From an uncultured Gemmatimonadales bacterium (GTDB lineage Bacteria; Gemmatimonadota; Gemmatimonadetes; Gemmatimonadales; GWC2-71-9): 64,000 bases of DNA. The stretch's first letter is position 1; every line of letters begins with the position of its first letter. The stretch spans positions 514,050 to 578,049 of the forward strand of contig CAVSQW010000006.1 in the NCBI GenBank assembly GCA_963730185.1, read 5' to 3'. Made by a program: the position numbers and the translations under genes. The notes under the pieces were generated by a model. The model made no database searches. It was not told where the DNA came from and saw only the letters and a program-made list of their open reading frames with translations. Shown here in pieces: positions 32,423 through 43,406 of this stretch.

Positions 32423-32569
32423 GGGGGACCGCGGTTGAGGAAGCATCGGACGCCTCGAATCGGACCCGGAATCAACGCCCGCCGGCGAGGCGCGGACTAT
32501 CACCGGATTGCGACGGTGCGGAAACAAACGTCGGGGCCGGGTCGTCCGGCCGAGAGAGACCTCTGACCG

Positions 32570-33499
32570 ATGCCTGCCCGCCCTCGCCTCTTCGCTCGAC
32601 CCGATCGGGTCGTCTATCGGAGCCCCGACGTCCGAGTCGGGACCTTCCACTGCCCGACCGAGCACCCGGAGTTCCGAACGGCGGGGCCGATCGAAGGGTA
32701 TACCGTCGTCTTTCCTCGGTCCGCCGTCTGGATCCGACACGCGGGCCGTCCGCCGTTCGTCGCCGACCCCAGCGTGGCGGTGATCTACAACCAGGGCCAG
32801 GCCTACGTCAGGCACCCGCTGGCGCCCGACGGCGACCGGGCCGACTGGTTCAGCCTGAGCCGGGCGCTGGCGGCGGCGATCATGCGCGACATCGATGCCG
32901 GGGCGGCCACCGACGGGGAGCGACCGTTCCCGGTGGCATTCGGCCCGGCCAACGCCGCGCTCTACTATCGCCAGCGACTGTTTTTCTCTCGGCTCGTGCA
33001 GGGCGGGCTCCACCCCCTGGAGGTCGAGCAGGAGGTCATCATGATCGTCGGGTTGGCGCTCGAGCTGGCGGTCGGCCGGTCCAGCGACGCCCGGCGTAGC
33101 GAGGGGCGGGAGGTGGTGCAGCGGGCTCGCGCGGAGCTGGCCCGCAATCCGACGGAGCGCCCCACGATCCGGCAACTGGCGGGGCGGCTCGACGTGTCGC
33201 CGTTCCACCTCTGCCGCGTGTTCCGTCGGACCACCGGGCTGACGCTCCACCACTACCTGCTGGAGCTCCGGACCAGGGTGGCCTTGGAGCGGTTCGAGGA
33301 GGGGGCCGGGAGCTTGAGCCGTCTGGCGCTCGAGCTGGGTTTCTCGAGCCACAGCCACTTCACCGCGGAGTTCCGCCGTCGCCTGGGCGTGGCGCCGTCG
33401 CGGGTGCGGCGCGTGCTTCAGAGCCAGGGCCGCCCCGCGGGCGAGACCGGACCACCCGGGGTGGCCGCGGGCCTCAGGGCTCGCGCAGGAAGGCGATGA
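32570..33499 (+). CDS. AraC-family transcriptional regulator
   Basis: LAGRLDVSPFHLCRVFRRTTG, LALELGFSSHSHFTAEFRR. Confidence 0.93.
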   Translation: MPARPRLFARPDRVVYRSPDVRVGTFHCPTEHPEFRTAGPIEGYTVVFPRSAVWIRHAGRPPFVADPSVAVIYNQGQAYVRHPLAPDGDRADWFSLSRALAAAIMRDIDAGAATDGERPFPVAFGPANAALYYRQRLFFSRLVQGGLHPLEVEQEVIMIVGLALELAVGRSSDARRSEGREVVQRARAELARNPTERPTIRQLAGRLDVSPFHLCRVFRRTTGLTLHHYLLELRTRVALERFEEGAGSLSRLALELGFSSHSHFTAEFRRRLGVAPSRVRRVLQSQGRPAGETGPPGVAAGLRARAGRR

Positions 33500-34184
33500 T
33501 CTCGGCGAGGAGCCGGGGCCCCGGGTCGGTCCGAAACAGATACTGCGCATGGGCCGAGCCGTCCAGGATCACCAGGCGCTTGGGGTCGGGCGCCGCCTGG
33601 TACTGCTTTCGAATCCCCACGAGTCGCGGTACACCCGAGCCGAGGGTATCGCCCCGGGCCACGACGAAGAGCGTCTTTCGGGCCTGGATCCGCTCCGGGT
33701 GCTCGACCGGAACCGCCGCGAGCAGGATGAGCCGGTCGATCTCGCCGGGCGCCGCGTCGATCGCCGCCCGGGCGGCGGCCCCACCACCGAAGCTGGCGCC
33801 GAGGACCGACACCGACTCGAGCCCTTGGTGCCTGAGGTAGCGGACGGCGGCCAGGACGTCGAGCCGTTCCCCGTTCCGCCCTTCCGACCCTCCCCGTGAC
33901 CCGCCTCGGCCCCGATAGTCGATCGCCAGCACCCGAAAGCCCGCGTCGGTGAGGGCGGCAGCCTGCGGCGCCCAACTGCCCCGTTCGAAACGGGCGCCGG
34001 GAGCGAGGACGATGCCCCGGGCGCCGGCGCCGTACAGGTCGCCCTGGACCACCCCTCCGTCGGCGGTCGGCAACGAGACGTGCGTCTGACCCATCAGCGG
34101 GCCGGAGGGAGCCAGGACCAGGGCCAGCCCGACGGCGACGAGCCGACGGCGGAGGGAACCGGACAGCGGACCACACCCGTTCAG
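33474..34184 (-). CDS. Alpha/beta hydrolase (probably secreted)
   Basis: GFRVLAIDYRGRG, GASFG, SAHAQ; start codon uncertain. Confidence 0.8.
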   Translation of the reverse strand: MNGCGPLSGSLRRRLVAVGLALVLAPSGPLMGQTHVSLPTADGGVVQGDLYGAGARGIVLAPGARFERGSWAPQAAALTDAGFRVLAIDYRGRGGSRGGSEGRNGERLDVLAAVRYLRHQGLESVSVLGASFGGGAAARAAIDAAPGEIDRLILLAAVPVEHPERIQARKTLFVVARGDTLGSGVPRLVGIRKQYQAAPDPKRLVILDGSAHAQYLFRTDPGPRLLAEIIAFLREP

Positions 34185-34298
34185 AGCAGCCTCGCAGGTT
34201 GGGGACCGAGTGATCCTAATATCAGCCGGAGGGCGGCGCCGTCCTGAGGGATGACCCATCGGCCCCCGGTGGCGGCCACGACCCCCGAACACCGTCTC

Positions 34299-34370
34299 GT
34301 AAGTGATTGCCAGAAAACCGGTTACAGCTGGTCAGCCCAATTGATTTCCGGACCCCCTCCCGGCTATCTT
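34299..34370 (+). promoter_or_regulatory. Candidate gyrA promoter with upstream inverted IHF-like element
   Basis: TTGATT(34341)-18 nt-TATCTT(34365); GTAAGTGATTG...AAACCGGTTAC imperfect palindrome at 34299-34325. Confidence 0.4.
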
Positions 34371-34430
34371 TCGGCGCTTGCCGACCGGGTGTTCCCGGCC
34401 GGCCGTCTTCTCCTCGAGATCTGAATACGT

Positions 34431-36917
34431 ATGACCTCACCCAATTCGCACGAGCGGATTCTGCCCCGTCCGATCGAAGAGGAGATGAAGCAGAGCTTCA
34501 TCAACTATTCGATGAGCGTCATCGTGTCGCGGGCGCTGCCCGACGTGCGCGACGGGCTCAAGCCGGTGCACCGCCGGATCCTGAACGCGATGAACGAGCT
34601 GGGTCTCGTACCCGGGCGCCCGTACAAGAAATCGGCGACCGTGGTGGGGGAGGTGCTGGGCAAGTACCACCCGCACGGCGATTCGCCGGTGTACGACGCC
34701 CTGGTCCGGATGGTTCAGGATTTCTCGCTCCGCTATCCGTTGGTCGATGGGCAGGGGAACTTCGGCTCGGTGGACGGCGACCCGCCGGCGGCCTACCGGT
34801 ACACCGAGGCCCGGCTGACCCGGGTCGCGGTGGCGATGCTGGAGGACATCGACAAGGGCACGGTCGACTACCAGCCCAACTTCGACGATCGGCTCGAAGA
34901 ACCGACCGTCCTGCCGTCGAAGATCCCCAATCTCCTGGTCAACGGCTCGAGCGGCATCGCCGTGGGCATGGCGACGAACATCCCGCCCCACAACCTCCGG
35001 GAGGTCTGCGACGCCGTGGAGGTCCTGGTCGACGACCCCGAAACGTCGATCACGGATCTGATGAAGCACATCACCGGACCCGACTTCCCGACCGGTGGCT
35101 ACATCTACGGGGTGCAGGGGTTGAAGGAGGCGTATCTCACGGGCCGCGGCAAGGTGATCATGCGGGCCCGGGTCCAGATCGAGGAGAAGGAGTCGTCGAA
35201 CAAATCGGCGATCGTGGTCACCGAGCTGCCCTACCAGGTGAACAAGGCCAACTTGGCCGAGTACACCGCCCGGCTGGTCAACGACAAGAAGATCGAGGGC
35301 GTCTCGGCGATCCGGGACGAGTCCGACCGTGACGGCATGCGGCTGGTGATCGAGCTCAAGCGCGATCACAACCCGCACGTGGTGCTGAACCAGCTCTACA
35401 AGCACACCGCGATGCAGTCGACCTTCGGGGTCATCAACCTGGCGCTGGTGAACGGCCAGCCCAAGGTGATGAACCTGAAGGAGATGCTGCAGCACTTCAT
35501 CGACCACCGCCACACCGTCATCGTCCGGCGGACCCAGTTCGAGCTCGATCAGGCCCAGGCCCGGGAGCACATCCTCGACGGCCTCAAGATCGCGGTCGAC
35601 AACATCGACGAAGTGGTCCAGATCATCCGGAGCTCGAAGGACGTGGCCGAGGCCGACGCGCGGCTCAGGGCGCGGTTCGGGCTGTCGGAAAAGCAGAGCG
35701 AGGCGATCCTCAACATGCGGCTCGCCCGGCTCACCGGCCTCGAGATCGACAAGCTGGAGGCCGAGCTCAAGGAGGTCCGGGCGCTGATCAAGGACCTGCA
35801 GGGCATCCTGGCCTCCCGCGAGCGGCGGATGACCATCCTCAAGGACGAGATGAAGGACGTCGTCAAGACGTTCGGTGACGATCGCCGCACCGAGATCATC
35901 CCCGACCAGTCCGAGTTCTCGGTCGAGGACCTGATCGCCGAGGAGGACATGGTGATCACGATCTCGCACTCGGGGTACATCAAGCGGACCCCGGTCTCCA
36001 CCTACCGGCGGCAGCGCCGGGGCGGCCGCGGACTGACGGGCGCTACGACCAAGGAAGACGACTGGATCGAGCACCTGTTCATCGCGAGCACCCACGACTA
36101 CGTGATGTTCTTTTCGAACCGGGGCCAGGTCTACTGGCTCAAGGTCCACGAGATCCCGCAGGGCGGCCGCGCCACTCGGGGCAAGCCGATCATCCACTGC
36201 ATCGCGATCCGTCCGGACGAGCAGGTCATGGCCCTGGTCCCGGTCCGGGCATTCACCGACGACCGCTGGCTGATGTTCGCCACCCGGAAGGGCACCGTGA
36301 AGAAGACGGTGCTCTCCGATTACGGGAACCCGCGGTCCAACGGCATCAACGCGATCAACATCGACGAGGACGACGAGCTGATCGAGGTCCAGCTCACCGA
36401 CGGCAACAACGACATCGTGCTCGCCACCAAGCACGGGATGAGCATCCGTTTCCACGAGAGCGACGTCCGGTCGATGGGGCGGGCCACCAGCGGGGTGAAG
36501 GGGATCGAGCTCGACTCGAAGGACACCGTGATCGGGATGGTGGTGATCCGTCGCGACGCCACCCTGCTCGTGGTGAGCGACAAGGGATTCGGGAAGCGCT
36601 CCGAGCTCTCCGAGTACCGGGTCCAGAAGCGGGGCGGCAAGGGGATCATCACCTTCAAGAACACCGACAAGACCGGCGTCTGCGTGGCCCTGAAGGAGGT
36701 CCAGCCCGAGGACGAGCTGATGATGATCACCCGGATCGGGGTGATCATCCGGGTGCCGGTCGACGGGATCCGGGTCATCGGCCGCAACACCCAGGGCGTC
36801 CGGGTGATGAACCTCGACCAGGGCGACACGATCGTGGCCGTAGCCCGGGTGGTGACCGAAGACGGCGAGGGCCAGGAAACGGCCGAAGAGGCGTCCGAGG
36901 AAGTGGGGGGCGAGTGA
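34431..36917 (+). CDS. gyrA: DNA gyrase subunit A
   Basis: [23 protein letters not shown], catalytic RYTEARL, GyrA-box QRRGGRG, acidic tail. Confidence 0.99.
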   Translation: MTSPNSHERILPRPIEEEMKQSFINYSMSVIVSRALPDVRDGLKPVHRRILNAMNELGLVPGRPYKKSATVVGEVLGKYHPHGDSPVYDALVRMVQDFSLRYPLVDGQGNFGSVDGDPPAAYRYTEARLTRVAVAMLEDIDKGTVDYQPNFDDRLEEPTVLPSKIPNLLVNGSSGIAVGMATNIPPHNLREVCDAVEVLVDDPETSITDLMKHITGPDFPTGGYIYGVQGLKEAYLTGRGKVIMRARVQIEEKESSNKSAIVVTELPYQVNKANLAEYTARLVNDKKIEGVSAIRDESDRDGMRLVIELKRDHNPHVVLNQLYKHTAMQSTFGVINLALVNGQPKVMNLKEMLQHFIDHRHTVIVRRTQFELDQAQAREHILDGLKIAVDNIDEVVQIIRSSKDVAEADARLRARFGLSEKQSEAILNMRLARLTGLEIDKLEAELKEVRALIKDLQGILASRERRMTILKDEMKDVVKTFGDDRRTEIIPDQSEFSVEDLIAEEDMVITISHSGYIKRTPVSTYRRQRRGGRGLTGATTKEDDWIEHLFIASTHDYVMFFSNRGQVYWLKVHEIPQGGRATRGKPIIHCIAIRPDEQVMALVPVRAFTDDRWLMFATRKGTVKKTVLSDYGNPRSNGINAINIDEDDELIEVQLTDGNNDIVLATKHGMSIRFHESDVRSMGRATSGVKGIELDSKDTVIGMVVIRRDATLLVVSDKGFGKRSELSEYRVQKRGGKGIITFKNTDKTGVCVALKEVQPEDELMMITRIGVIIRVPVDGIRVIGRNTQGVRVMNLDQGDTIVAVARVVTEDGEGQETAEEASEEVGGE

Positions 36918-37906
36918 CCGGCCAGCCGGTCGGAACCGGGCCGCAGTCGATCAGCTGGGAAGACCTGGCCCGGACGGCGGCCGCCCTCGACGGGATCGCG
37001 GTCCGGACGCCCTTGGTGGAGTCGGCTGCCCTGACCCGGCGCTTCGGCAACCCGGTCTGGCTCAAGTGCGAACAGCACCAGCCGATCGGCGCCTTCAAGA
37101 TCCGGGGCGCCTACACCGCCATGTCCCGGCTCTCTCCCGAGGAGCGGTCCCGGGGCATCATCACCCACTCGAGCGGCAACCACGGCCAGGCGGTGGCGTT
37201 CGCCGCCAAGCATTTCGGGGTCCGGGCGGTGATCGTGATGCCCAAGTCCGCCCCCGCGGTCAAGGTCGAGGGGATCCGTCGCCACGGCGCCGAGATCGTC
37301 TTCACCACGCCGAAGGAGCGTGAGGCCCGGGCGGAAGAGCTGATCCAGCGCGAGGGGCTGGTGCTGGTTCCGCCCTACGACAACATTGACGTGATCATGG
37401 GCCAGGGCACCTGCGCCTTCGAGATCCTCGAAGACCATCCGGAGATCGAGACCATCATCTGTCCGATCGGGGGCGGCGGCATGCTGGCGGGAACCTGTGC
37501 GGCCGTGGCGGCGATGGCGGGCGCCCGGGCGGACGGCACCTCGCGAACGGTCTATGCCGTCGAGCCCGAGGTCAGCCCCAAGCTGACGGCCGCGCTCGCG
37601 GCCGGCCATCCGGTGCCCTTCGAGCCGGTCGACACCCTCGCCGACGGCCTCGTCCCGCCGGCCACCGGCGCGCTGACCCTCTCGTACATCCGGCCGGTCA
37701 TCGCCGGGGTCGCCACCCTGACCGAAGCCGAGATCGGTGCCGGCGTCCGCTTCCTGTTCCACTCGATGGCGCTCAAGGTCGAGCCCTCCGGCGCGACGCC
37801 GGTCGGGGCCCTGCTGGCCGGCAGGATCCGGCCCACCGGCCCCACCGCCCTCATCCTCACCGGCGGGAATGTCGACCCCGCCGTCTTCGCGCGGCTCGTT
37901 GCCTGA
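36914..37906 (+). CDS. Threonine/serine dehydratase (PLP, no ACT domain)
   Basis: [39 protein letters not shown]. Confidence 0.92.
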   Translation: MTGQPVGTGPQSISWEDLARTAAALDGIAVRTPLVESAALTRRFGNPVWLKCEQHQPIGAFKIRGAYTAMSRLSPEERSRGIITHSSGNHGQAVAFAAKHFGVRAVIVMPKSAPAVKVEGIRRHGAEIVFTTPKEREARAEELIQREGLVLVPPYDNIDVIMGQGTCAFEILEDHPEIETIICPIGGGGMLAGTCAAVAAMAGARADGTSRTVYAVEPEVSPKLTAALAAGHPVPFEPVDTLADGLVPPATGALTLSYIRPVIAGVATLTEAEIGAGVRFLFHSMALKVEPSGATPVGALLAGRIRPTGPTALILTGGNVDPAVFARLVA

Positions 37907-39344
37907 ACCGCGGCAGTCCCGGCCGTCGCACGTCCTGATCGTGGACGATGACGAGTCGTTGGCCCGCGCCCTGGTGTCGGTGCTCGAATCGGAAGGCCTC
38001 CGGGCCTCGATGCTGCACAGCGGTCAGGGCCTGGTCGATCACCTGGACCGGAGTCGGGTCGACCTGGTCGTGCTCGACCTGGGCCTCCCCGGGGTCGACG
38101 GCTTGTCGGTGCTGGAGGCGCTGAAGCGCCACCCGATCCACCGAGACCTCCCGATCCTGGTGCTGTCCGGCTCGCCCCCGGGCGACACGACCGTGGCCGC
38201 CCTCGGGCTCGGCGCCGCCGACTTCGTGACCAAGCCGTTCCGGCCGGCCGAGCTCATGGCCCGGATCCAGGCCCACCTCCGGGCCGGACGAGTCCTCGAG
38301 GCGGCTCGGGCCGCCGCCCGCTCCAGCGACCAGCTGGCCGACATCCTGCGCGAGATCACCGCCTCGCTCTCGCCGGCCGAGATCTACCAGGTGCTCGTCC
38401 GACGGATCGCAACCGGACTCCGAATCTCCCGTTGCTCGATCGTACTCGACGACGTGAACGGCGAGACCGCGACGGTCGTGGCGGCATTCGAGAACCCGGC
38501 CCTCCGGCATCTGACCGTGGAGCTCAAGCGCTATCCCGAGCTGCTCGGGCCCATGGAGACCCAGGAACCCCTGCTGATCGCCGACGTTCAGGCCGATCCG
38601 TTTCTCTCCCAGGCCCGCGAACGGTGGCGGATCGAAGGCCGGATCGTTCCCACCACCTCGGTGGCCGCGATTCCCTTCCGGATCCACGCCGAGCGCTCGG
38701 GCGTCTTCTTCCTCCGGACCACCGGCGACGACGACCCCTTGGGCCCCGACGATCTCACCTTCGCCAACCGGGTGATCGGCGCCTCCGCCCGGGTCCTCGA
38801 CAAAGCCTACGATTTCGAAGACGCGATCCGCCGGCAGGACGAGATGCGGCACCTGGCCGAGACCGATCCGCTGACGGGTCTCTACAACCGGCGCGCCTTC
38901 CGGGAGCGGCTCGAGCACGTGATGAGTCGGGTCCAGCGCTCGGGCAGCGTCCTCTCCTGCCTGATGCTGGACATCGACCTGTTCAAGCACCTGAACGACA
39001 CCTACGGTCACGAGCTGGGCGACCGGGTGCTGGTGCAGCTGGCCGAGCTGCTCCGGCGGGAGCAGCGGACCATGGACGTGCTGGCCCGGCTCGGCGGCGA
39101 GGAGTTCGTGGTGCTCCTGCCGGAGACCGGGCTCCGGGGCGCCCGGATCTACGCCGAGCGGATCCTCCGGAAGGTGAGCGGGGCGACGCTCGGCACCGCC
39201 GAGCACCCGGTCCAGATCACCGTCTCGATCGGGATCGCCACCCATCCGGACGAGCGGGTGACCGACCCGGACGCCCTGATCCGGCTGGCCGACACCAATC
39301 TGCTCCGGGCCAAGTCCGACGGCCGCAACCGATACCGGGATTGA
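37899..39344 (+). CDS. Diguanylate cyclase, REC-GAF-GGDEF
   Basis: LIVDDD...VLDLGLP...KPF receiver; DIDLFKHLNDTYGH, I-site RTMD, GGEEF; TTG start inferred. Confidence 0.93.
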   Translation: MPEPRQSRPSHVLIVDDDESLARALVSVLESEGLRASMLHSGQGLVDHLDRSRVDLVVLDLGLPGVDGLSVLEALKRHPIHRDLPILVLSGSPPGDTTVAALGLGAADFVTKPFRPAELMARIQAHLRAGRVLEAARAAARSSDQLADILREITASLSPAEIYQVLVRRIATGLRISRCSIVLDDVNGETATVVAAFENPALRHLTVELKRYPELLGPMETQEPLLIADVQADPFLSQARERWRIEGRIVPTTSVAAIPFRIHAERSGVFFLRTTGDDDPLGPDDLTFANRVIGASARVLDKAYDFEDAIRRQDEMRHLAETDPLTGLYNRRAFRERLEHVMSRVQRSGSVLSCLMLDIDLFKHLNDTYGHELGDRVLVQLAELLRREQRTMDVLARLGGEEFVVLLPETGLRGARIYAERILRKVSGATLGTAEHPVQITVSIGIATHPDERVTDPDALIRLADTNLLRAKSDGRNRYRD

Positions 39345-40384
39345 GCCAACTCCGTTGTCCCCGCTGCGGCGCCGTCTACGGCCCTCCCGCCCGCTACTGC
39401 ATCAAGGACGGCTTTCCGCTCCTCTCGGCCGATCAACCCGACCGCCCGTCGGGTCGGAGCGGGCTGCATCGCACCGGGGAGCTCCGCTCCCCGGCCCGGC
39501 GGGTCGACCCAGCGTCGGGAATGCAGGGCCGGATCCTCGACGGCCGCTACGCCATCGAACGACGGGTCGGCGAGGGCGGGATGGCCTACGTGTACCGCGC
39601 CGTCGACCGGCAGTCGGGCCAGCCCGTGGCGATCAAGGTGCTCATGTCTCGACTGGCCAACGACGCCGAGTCGGTGGCCCGGCTCAAGCGCGAAGCGTCG
39701 CTGGCCATGAAGCTCAACCATCCGAACGTCTGCGGCATCCTGGCGCACGGACAGGCCGCCGGGATGCCCTACCTGGTGATGCCGTACCTCGACGGCGAGA
39801 CCCTCTCCACCCGCGAGAACCGGGTCGGCCCCACCCCCGTCCGTCAGGCGGTTCCGCTCCTGATCCAGCTGTGCCGGGGTCTCCAGCATGCCCACGACCA
39901 GGGCGTCCTGCACCGGGATCTCAAGCCCGAGAACGTCATGCTGGTGCCCGACCCGGCCGGCGAGCGGGCCGTGGTGATGGACTTCGGACTCGCCAAGGAG
40001 CGGATCGTCGGGACCGACGACAACCGCTTGACGGCGACCGGCATCGTGCTCGGAACCCCCGAGTTCATGAGCCCGGAGCAGATCCGGGGCAAGCCGCTCG
40101 ACCCCCGGAGCGACGTCTACGGCCTCGGCGTGCTGGCCTTCGAGCTGCTGACCATGGAGCTCCCCTTCACCGGCGAGACGGCCCAGCAGACCATGCTCAA
40201 CCATCTGACCGGTCGCCCCCGGCCCCTGGCCGACCTGGACTCGAAGCTCCCCCAGGCCCTGAGCGACGCGATCGACAAGGCCCTGAAGCTCGACCCCGCC
40301 GAACGGTACTCCTCGATGGCGTCCTTCGAGGCCGCCCTGGAGCGGATCGCCGCTCAGGTTCCGGGCGGGAGGGCCGATCATTGA
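39341..40384 (+). CDS. Cytoplasmic Hanks-type Ser/Thr kinase with N-terminal zinc ribbon
   Basis: CPRC...YCIKDG; GEGGMAYVY, VAIK, HRDLKPEN, DFG, GTPEFMSPEQ; no TM segment. Confidence 0.93.
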   Translation: MSQLRCPRCGAVYGPPARYCIKDGFPLLSADQPDRPSGRSGLHRTGELRSPARRVDPASGMQGRILDGRYAIERRVGEGGMAYVYRAVDRQSGQPVAIKVLMSRLANDAESVARLKREASLAMKLNHPNVCGILAHGQAAGMPYLVMPYLDGETLSTRENRVGPTPVRQAVPLLIQLCRGLQHAHDQGVLHRDLKPENVMLVPDPAGERAVVMDFGLAKERIVGTDDNRLTATGIVLGTPEFMSPEQIRGKPLDPRSDVYGLGVLAFELLTMELPFTGETAQQTMLNHLTGRPRPLADLDSKLPQALSDAIDKALKLDPAERYSSMASFEAALERIAAQVPGGRADH

Positions 40385-40387
40385 GAC

Positions 40388-41629
40388 ATGTCCGAGCTTC
40401 CGTCTCCGGCGCATTCGGTCACCACCTTCATCGCCCGGCAGCCGATCTTCGATCGCCGGGACCGGGTCTTCGCGTACGAGCTGCTCTTCCGGAATAGCCC
40501 CGACAACTACTTCCCCGGGACCGAGGCGGATCTCGCCTCGTCGCAGAACCTCGAAAACAGCCTGATGACCTTCGGTCTGGAGACCCTGACCGCAGGTCGC
40601 CGGGCCTTCGTCAACGTCTCCCGCGGGGTCCTCCTCGACGAGCTCTACACCCTGCTTCCGACCGACCGGACGGTGATCGAGCTGTTGGAGACGGTGGAAC
40701 CGGACGCCGACGTAGTCGAGGCCTGCCGCCGGCTCAAGCGGCAGGGCTACCAGCTCGCCCTCGACGACTTCGCCTATCGGGCCGAGATGGAATCCCTGCT
40801 CGACCTGGCGGATGTCCTCAAGCTCGATTTCCGGGCCCCTGCCGAGGTCCGCGCCGAGGCTTTGAAGCGGGCCCAGGGCCGGAACCTCGACCTCCTGGCC
40901 GAGAAGGTGGAGACGCGGGCGGAGCGGGACGAGGCGGAGCAGCTCGGGTTCCGCTATTTCCAGGGCTACTACTACTGCCGCCCCGAGATGCTGGCCACCA
41001 GGACGATCGCGCCGGGCAAGCTCAACTATCTCCAGCTGCTGGGCGAGATCAATGCACCGGAAGTACAGTTCGAACGGGTGGAACAGGTAATCCGGCGTGA
41101 GGTGGCCCTCTCCGTCCGGCTGCTGCGCTATCTCAACTCGGCCGGGTTCGGCTGGCGCTACGAGGTGAAGACCATCGAGCAGGCGATCCGCCTCCTCGGC
41201 ATCCGGCCGCTCCAGAAGTGGGCCTCCTTGATGGCGGTGATCGCGCTGGCCGACGGGAAGCCACCCGAGCTGGTGGTCACCGCGCTGGTCCGGGCCCGTC
41301 TGGCGGAGCTCCTGGCCGGCCCCCTCAAGCTGGCCGGCCGGGAGCTCGAGCTCTTCCTGGTCGGCCTGCTCTCCGTCATGGACGCGGTCATGGATCGGCC
41401 CCTGGAGGAGCTGCTCGCCTCGATGGCGGTCTCTCGAGAAATCGCGGGGGCCCTCCTCCGGAGCGGTCCGCCTCTCGGGCCGGCCCTCCGCCTGGTGGTG
41501 GCGCGACAGCAGGGCGACTGGCTCACGAGTGAAACCCAGGCCCGAGAGCTGGGCACCGAGCCGACCGAGGTCCATCGGGCCTACGGAGAGGCCATTACCT
41601 GGGCGATGGACGTCGCCGGGGCGGCCTAG
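40388..41629 (+). CDS. EAL-HDOD c-di-GMP phosphodiesterase (YuxH/PdeH-like)
   Basis: ARQPIF, YELLFR, FVN, ELLE, ALDDF, AEKVET, FQGYY; HDOD LLRYLNSA...FLVGLLS. Confidence 0.9.
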   Translation: MSELPSPAHSVTTFIARQPIFDRRDRVFAYELLFRNSPDNYFPGTEADLASSQNLENSLMTFGLETLTAGRRAFVNVSRGVLLDELYTLLPTDRTVIELLETVEPDADVVEACRRLKRQGYQLALDDFAYRAEMESLLDLADVLKLDFRAPAEVRAEALKRAQGRNLDLLAEKVETRAERDEAEQLGFRYFQGYYYCRPEMLATRTIAPGKLNYLQLLGEINAPEVQFERVEQVIRREVALSVRLLRYLNSAGFGWRYEVKTIEQAIRLLGIRPLQKWASLMAVIALADGKPPELVVTALVRARLAELLAGPLKLAGRELELFLVGLLSVMDAVMDRPLEELLASMAVSREIAGALLRSGPPLGPALRLVVARQQGDWLTSETQARELGTEPTEVHRAYGEAITWAMDVAGAA

Positions 41630-41630
41630 C

Positions 41631-41658
41631 CTCAGGTTTCCCTCCCCCCCGCCGATAC
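41631..41658 (+). promoter_or_regulatory. sigma28 (FliA)-like promoter
   Basis: TCAGG(41632-41636)-14 nt-GCCGATAC(41651-41658). Confidence 0.6.
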
Positions 41659-41723
41659 TCGAAGCACGACGAGCGACTGGATTCCGCGAGGGGACCCCCG
41701 CCCGCCGAGGCGGGAGCGCATGG

Positions 41724-43406
41724 GTGTTCGAGCCAGCAGAGACTCCGGAAGGGCTTTCAGGCCGAGGTGATACGGTCATCGTTCCGGCCGAGACCGACGG
41801 CGGGCTCGCGACCCGGCCTGAGCTCCTCCTCCGGGCGCTGCCGGCTCCACTCCTCCTACTGGACGGGGACGGCCGGGTCTCGGCCTCGAACCCGGCCGCC
41901 GACCGGCTCTTCGGTGCCGAGCCACCGGAGTCGGTCGTCGGGCGACGCTTCGTCGCCGGCCTCGATCCCGAGAGCGCGGCCCGCTTCGAGTGGGCCCTGG
42001 ACCGGATCCAGAAGAGCCCGAGCGGCGACCCTGGATTCGACCAGTTGCTCCTCGGCCTCGGACCCTCGGAGCGGCGGTTTCAGCTCGACATCACGGTCAC
42101 CAACGTCGGGACGACGGCCCCGGCCCTGCTGGTACTGCTCCGCTCGCCGAGCGATCCGGACACCGCCCACCCCGAAACGACCGATCGCGAGAGCGTCCTC
42201 GCGGCGGCGGTCGAGGCCGCCCAGCTGGGCGTCTGGCACCACGATCTCGCCACCGACCGGATGCTCTGGGGCGGGCATTATCGCGAAGTGTTGATGTCGA
42301 TGCCCGGCTCGTTCGACGGTACCTTCCGCGGTCTGCTTGGGACCGTCCACCCCGACGACCGGGATCAGCTCTCGGCCGCGATCGAGGGAGCCCGGGATGC
42401 GGGGGGCCACTATGCCAGCGAGTTCCGAATCACCGGGCCGGACGGCCGGGTTCGGTGGGTGCACGTCTGGGGCCGGTTTCTCCTGGGCCCCGATGGCCGG
42501 GCGGCCCGTTCGGTGGGCGCCTTCCGCGACGTGACCGAGCAGAAAGGCCTGGAACGGCAGCTGACCCAGGCCCAGAAGATCGAGGCCATCGGGCAGCTGG
42601 CGGCCGGGATCGCCCACGAGATCAACACCCCGACCCAATACGTCAGCGACAACCTCCGGTTCCTGGGAGAGGCGTTCGAGGGCGGGGTTCGGATGCTCGA
42701 GCTCTATCAGGCGCTCCGCGACGAGCTGGAAGCGGGCGGCCTCGCGGGCGAGCAGGTGGCCGCAATCCGGGCTCTGGAAGACGAGATCGACTACCCGTAC
42801 CTGATCGCCGAGGTCCCCCAGGCGATGCGCCAGGCGCTGGAGGGGGTCGAGCGGGTGACCACGATCCTCCGGGCGGTCAAGAGCTTCTCGCATCCGGGAG
42901 CCACTCGTAAAGACCCGGTCGACCTGAACGAGGTCGTCGCCAACACCCTCACCGTCAGCCGGAACGAGTGGAAGTACATCGCCGACGCCCGGACCGACCT
43001 GGACCCCACCCTGCCGCCGGTGCCCTGCCTTCGAAGCGAGATCCAGCAGGTGGTGCTGAACCTGGTGATCAACGCCGCCCATGCGATCGGCGAGGCCGAG
43101 GCGGCTCGCGAGGGCGGGAAGGGCTCGATCGTGGTCTCCACCCGGCGGGTCGACGACTGGGTCGAGCTCTCGGTGAGCGACACCGGCACCGGGATCCCCG
43201 ACGCCATCCAGGCGCGGATCTTCGACCCGTTCTTCACCACCAAGGTCGTTGGTAAGGGCACCGGACAGGGGTTGGCGCTGGTACACAACGTCGTCGTCGA
43301 CAAGCACGGCGGCACCGTGTGGTTCGACACCACTCCCGGTCGGGGAACCCGGTTCGTGGTTCGACTGCCGCTCACCGACCCCGGGGTCGCGGAGCCAACC
43401 AGATGA
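41724..43406 (+). CDS. Cytoplasmic PAS-PAS sensor histidine kinase
   Basis: NPAADRLFG, VHPDD, RWV; H-box AHEINTPTQY, NLVINAAHA, DTGTGI, FDPFFTTK, GTGQGL; start uncertain. Confidence 0.92.
   Translation: MFEPAETPEGLSGRGDTVIVPAETDGGLATRPELLLRALPAPLLLLDGDGRVSASNPAADRLFGAEPPESVVGRRFVAGLDPESAARFEWALDRIQKSPSGDPGFDQLLLGLGPSERRFQLDITVTNVGTTAPALLVLLRSPSDPDTAHPETTDRESVLAAAVEAAQLGVWHHDLATDRMLWGGHYREVLMSMPGSFDGTFRGLLGTVHPDDRDQLSAAIEGARDAGGHYASEFRITGPDGRVRWVHVWGRFLLGPDGRAARSVGAFRDVTEQKGLERQLTQAQKIEAIGQLAAGIAHEINTPTQYVSDNLRFLGEAFEGGVRMLELYQALRDELEAGGLAGEQVAAIRALEDEIDYPYLIAEVPQAMRQALEGVERVTTILRAVKSFSHPGATRKDPVDLNEVVANTLTVSRNEWKYIADARTDLDPTLPPVPCLRSEIQQVVLNLVINAAHAIGEAEAAREGGKGSIVVSTRRVDDWVELSVSDTGTGIPDAIQARIFDPFFTTKVVGKGTGQGLALVHNVVVDKHGGTVWFDTTPGRGTRFVVRLPLTDPGVAEPTR

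Noticed and set aside
34660..34700. Quinolone-resistance substitution in GyrA
   Set aside because: HGDSPVYD retains the Ser83 and Asp87 equivalents.
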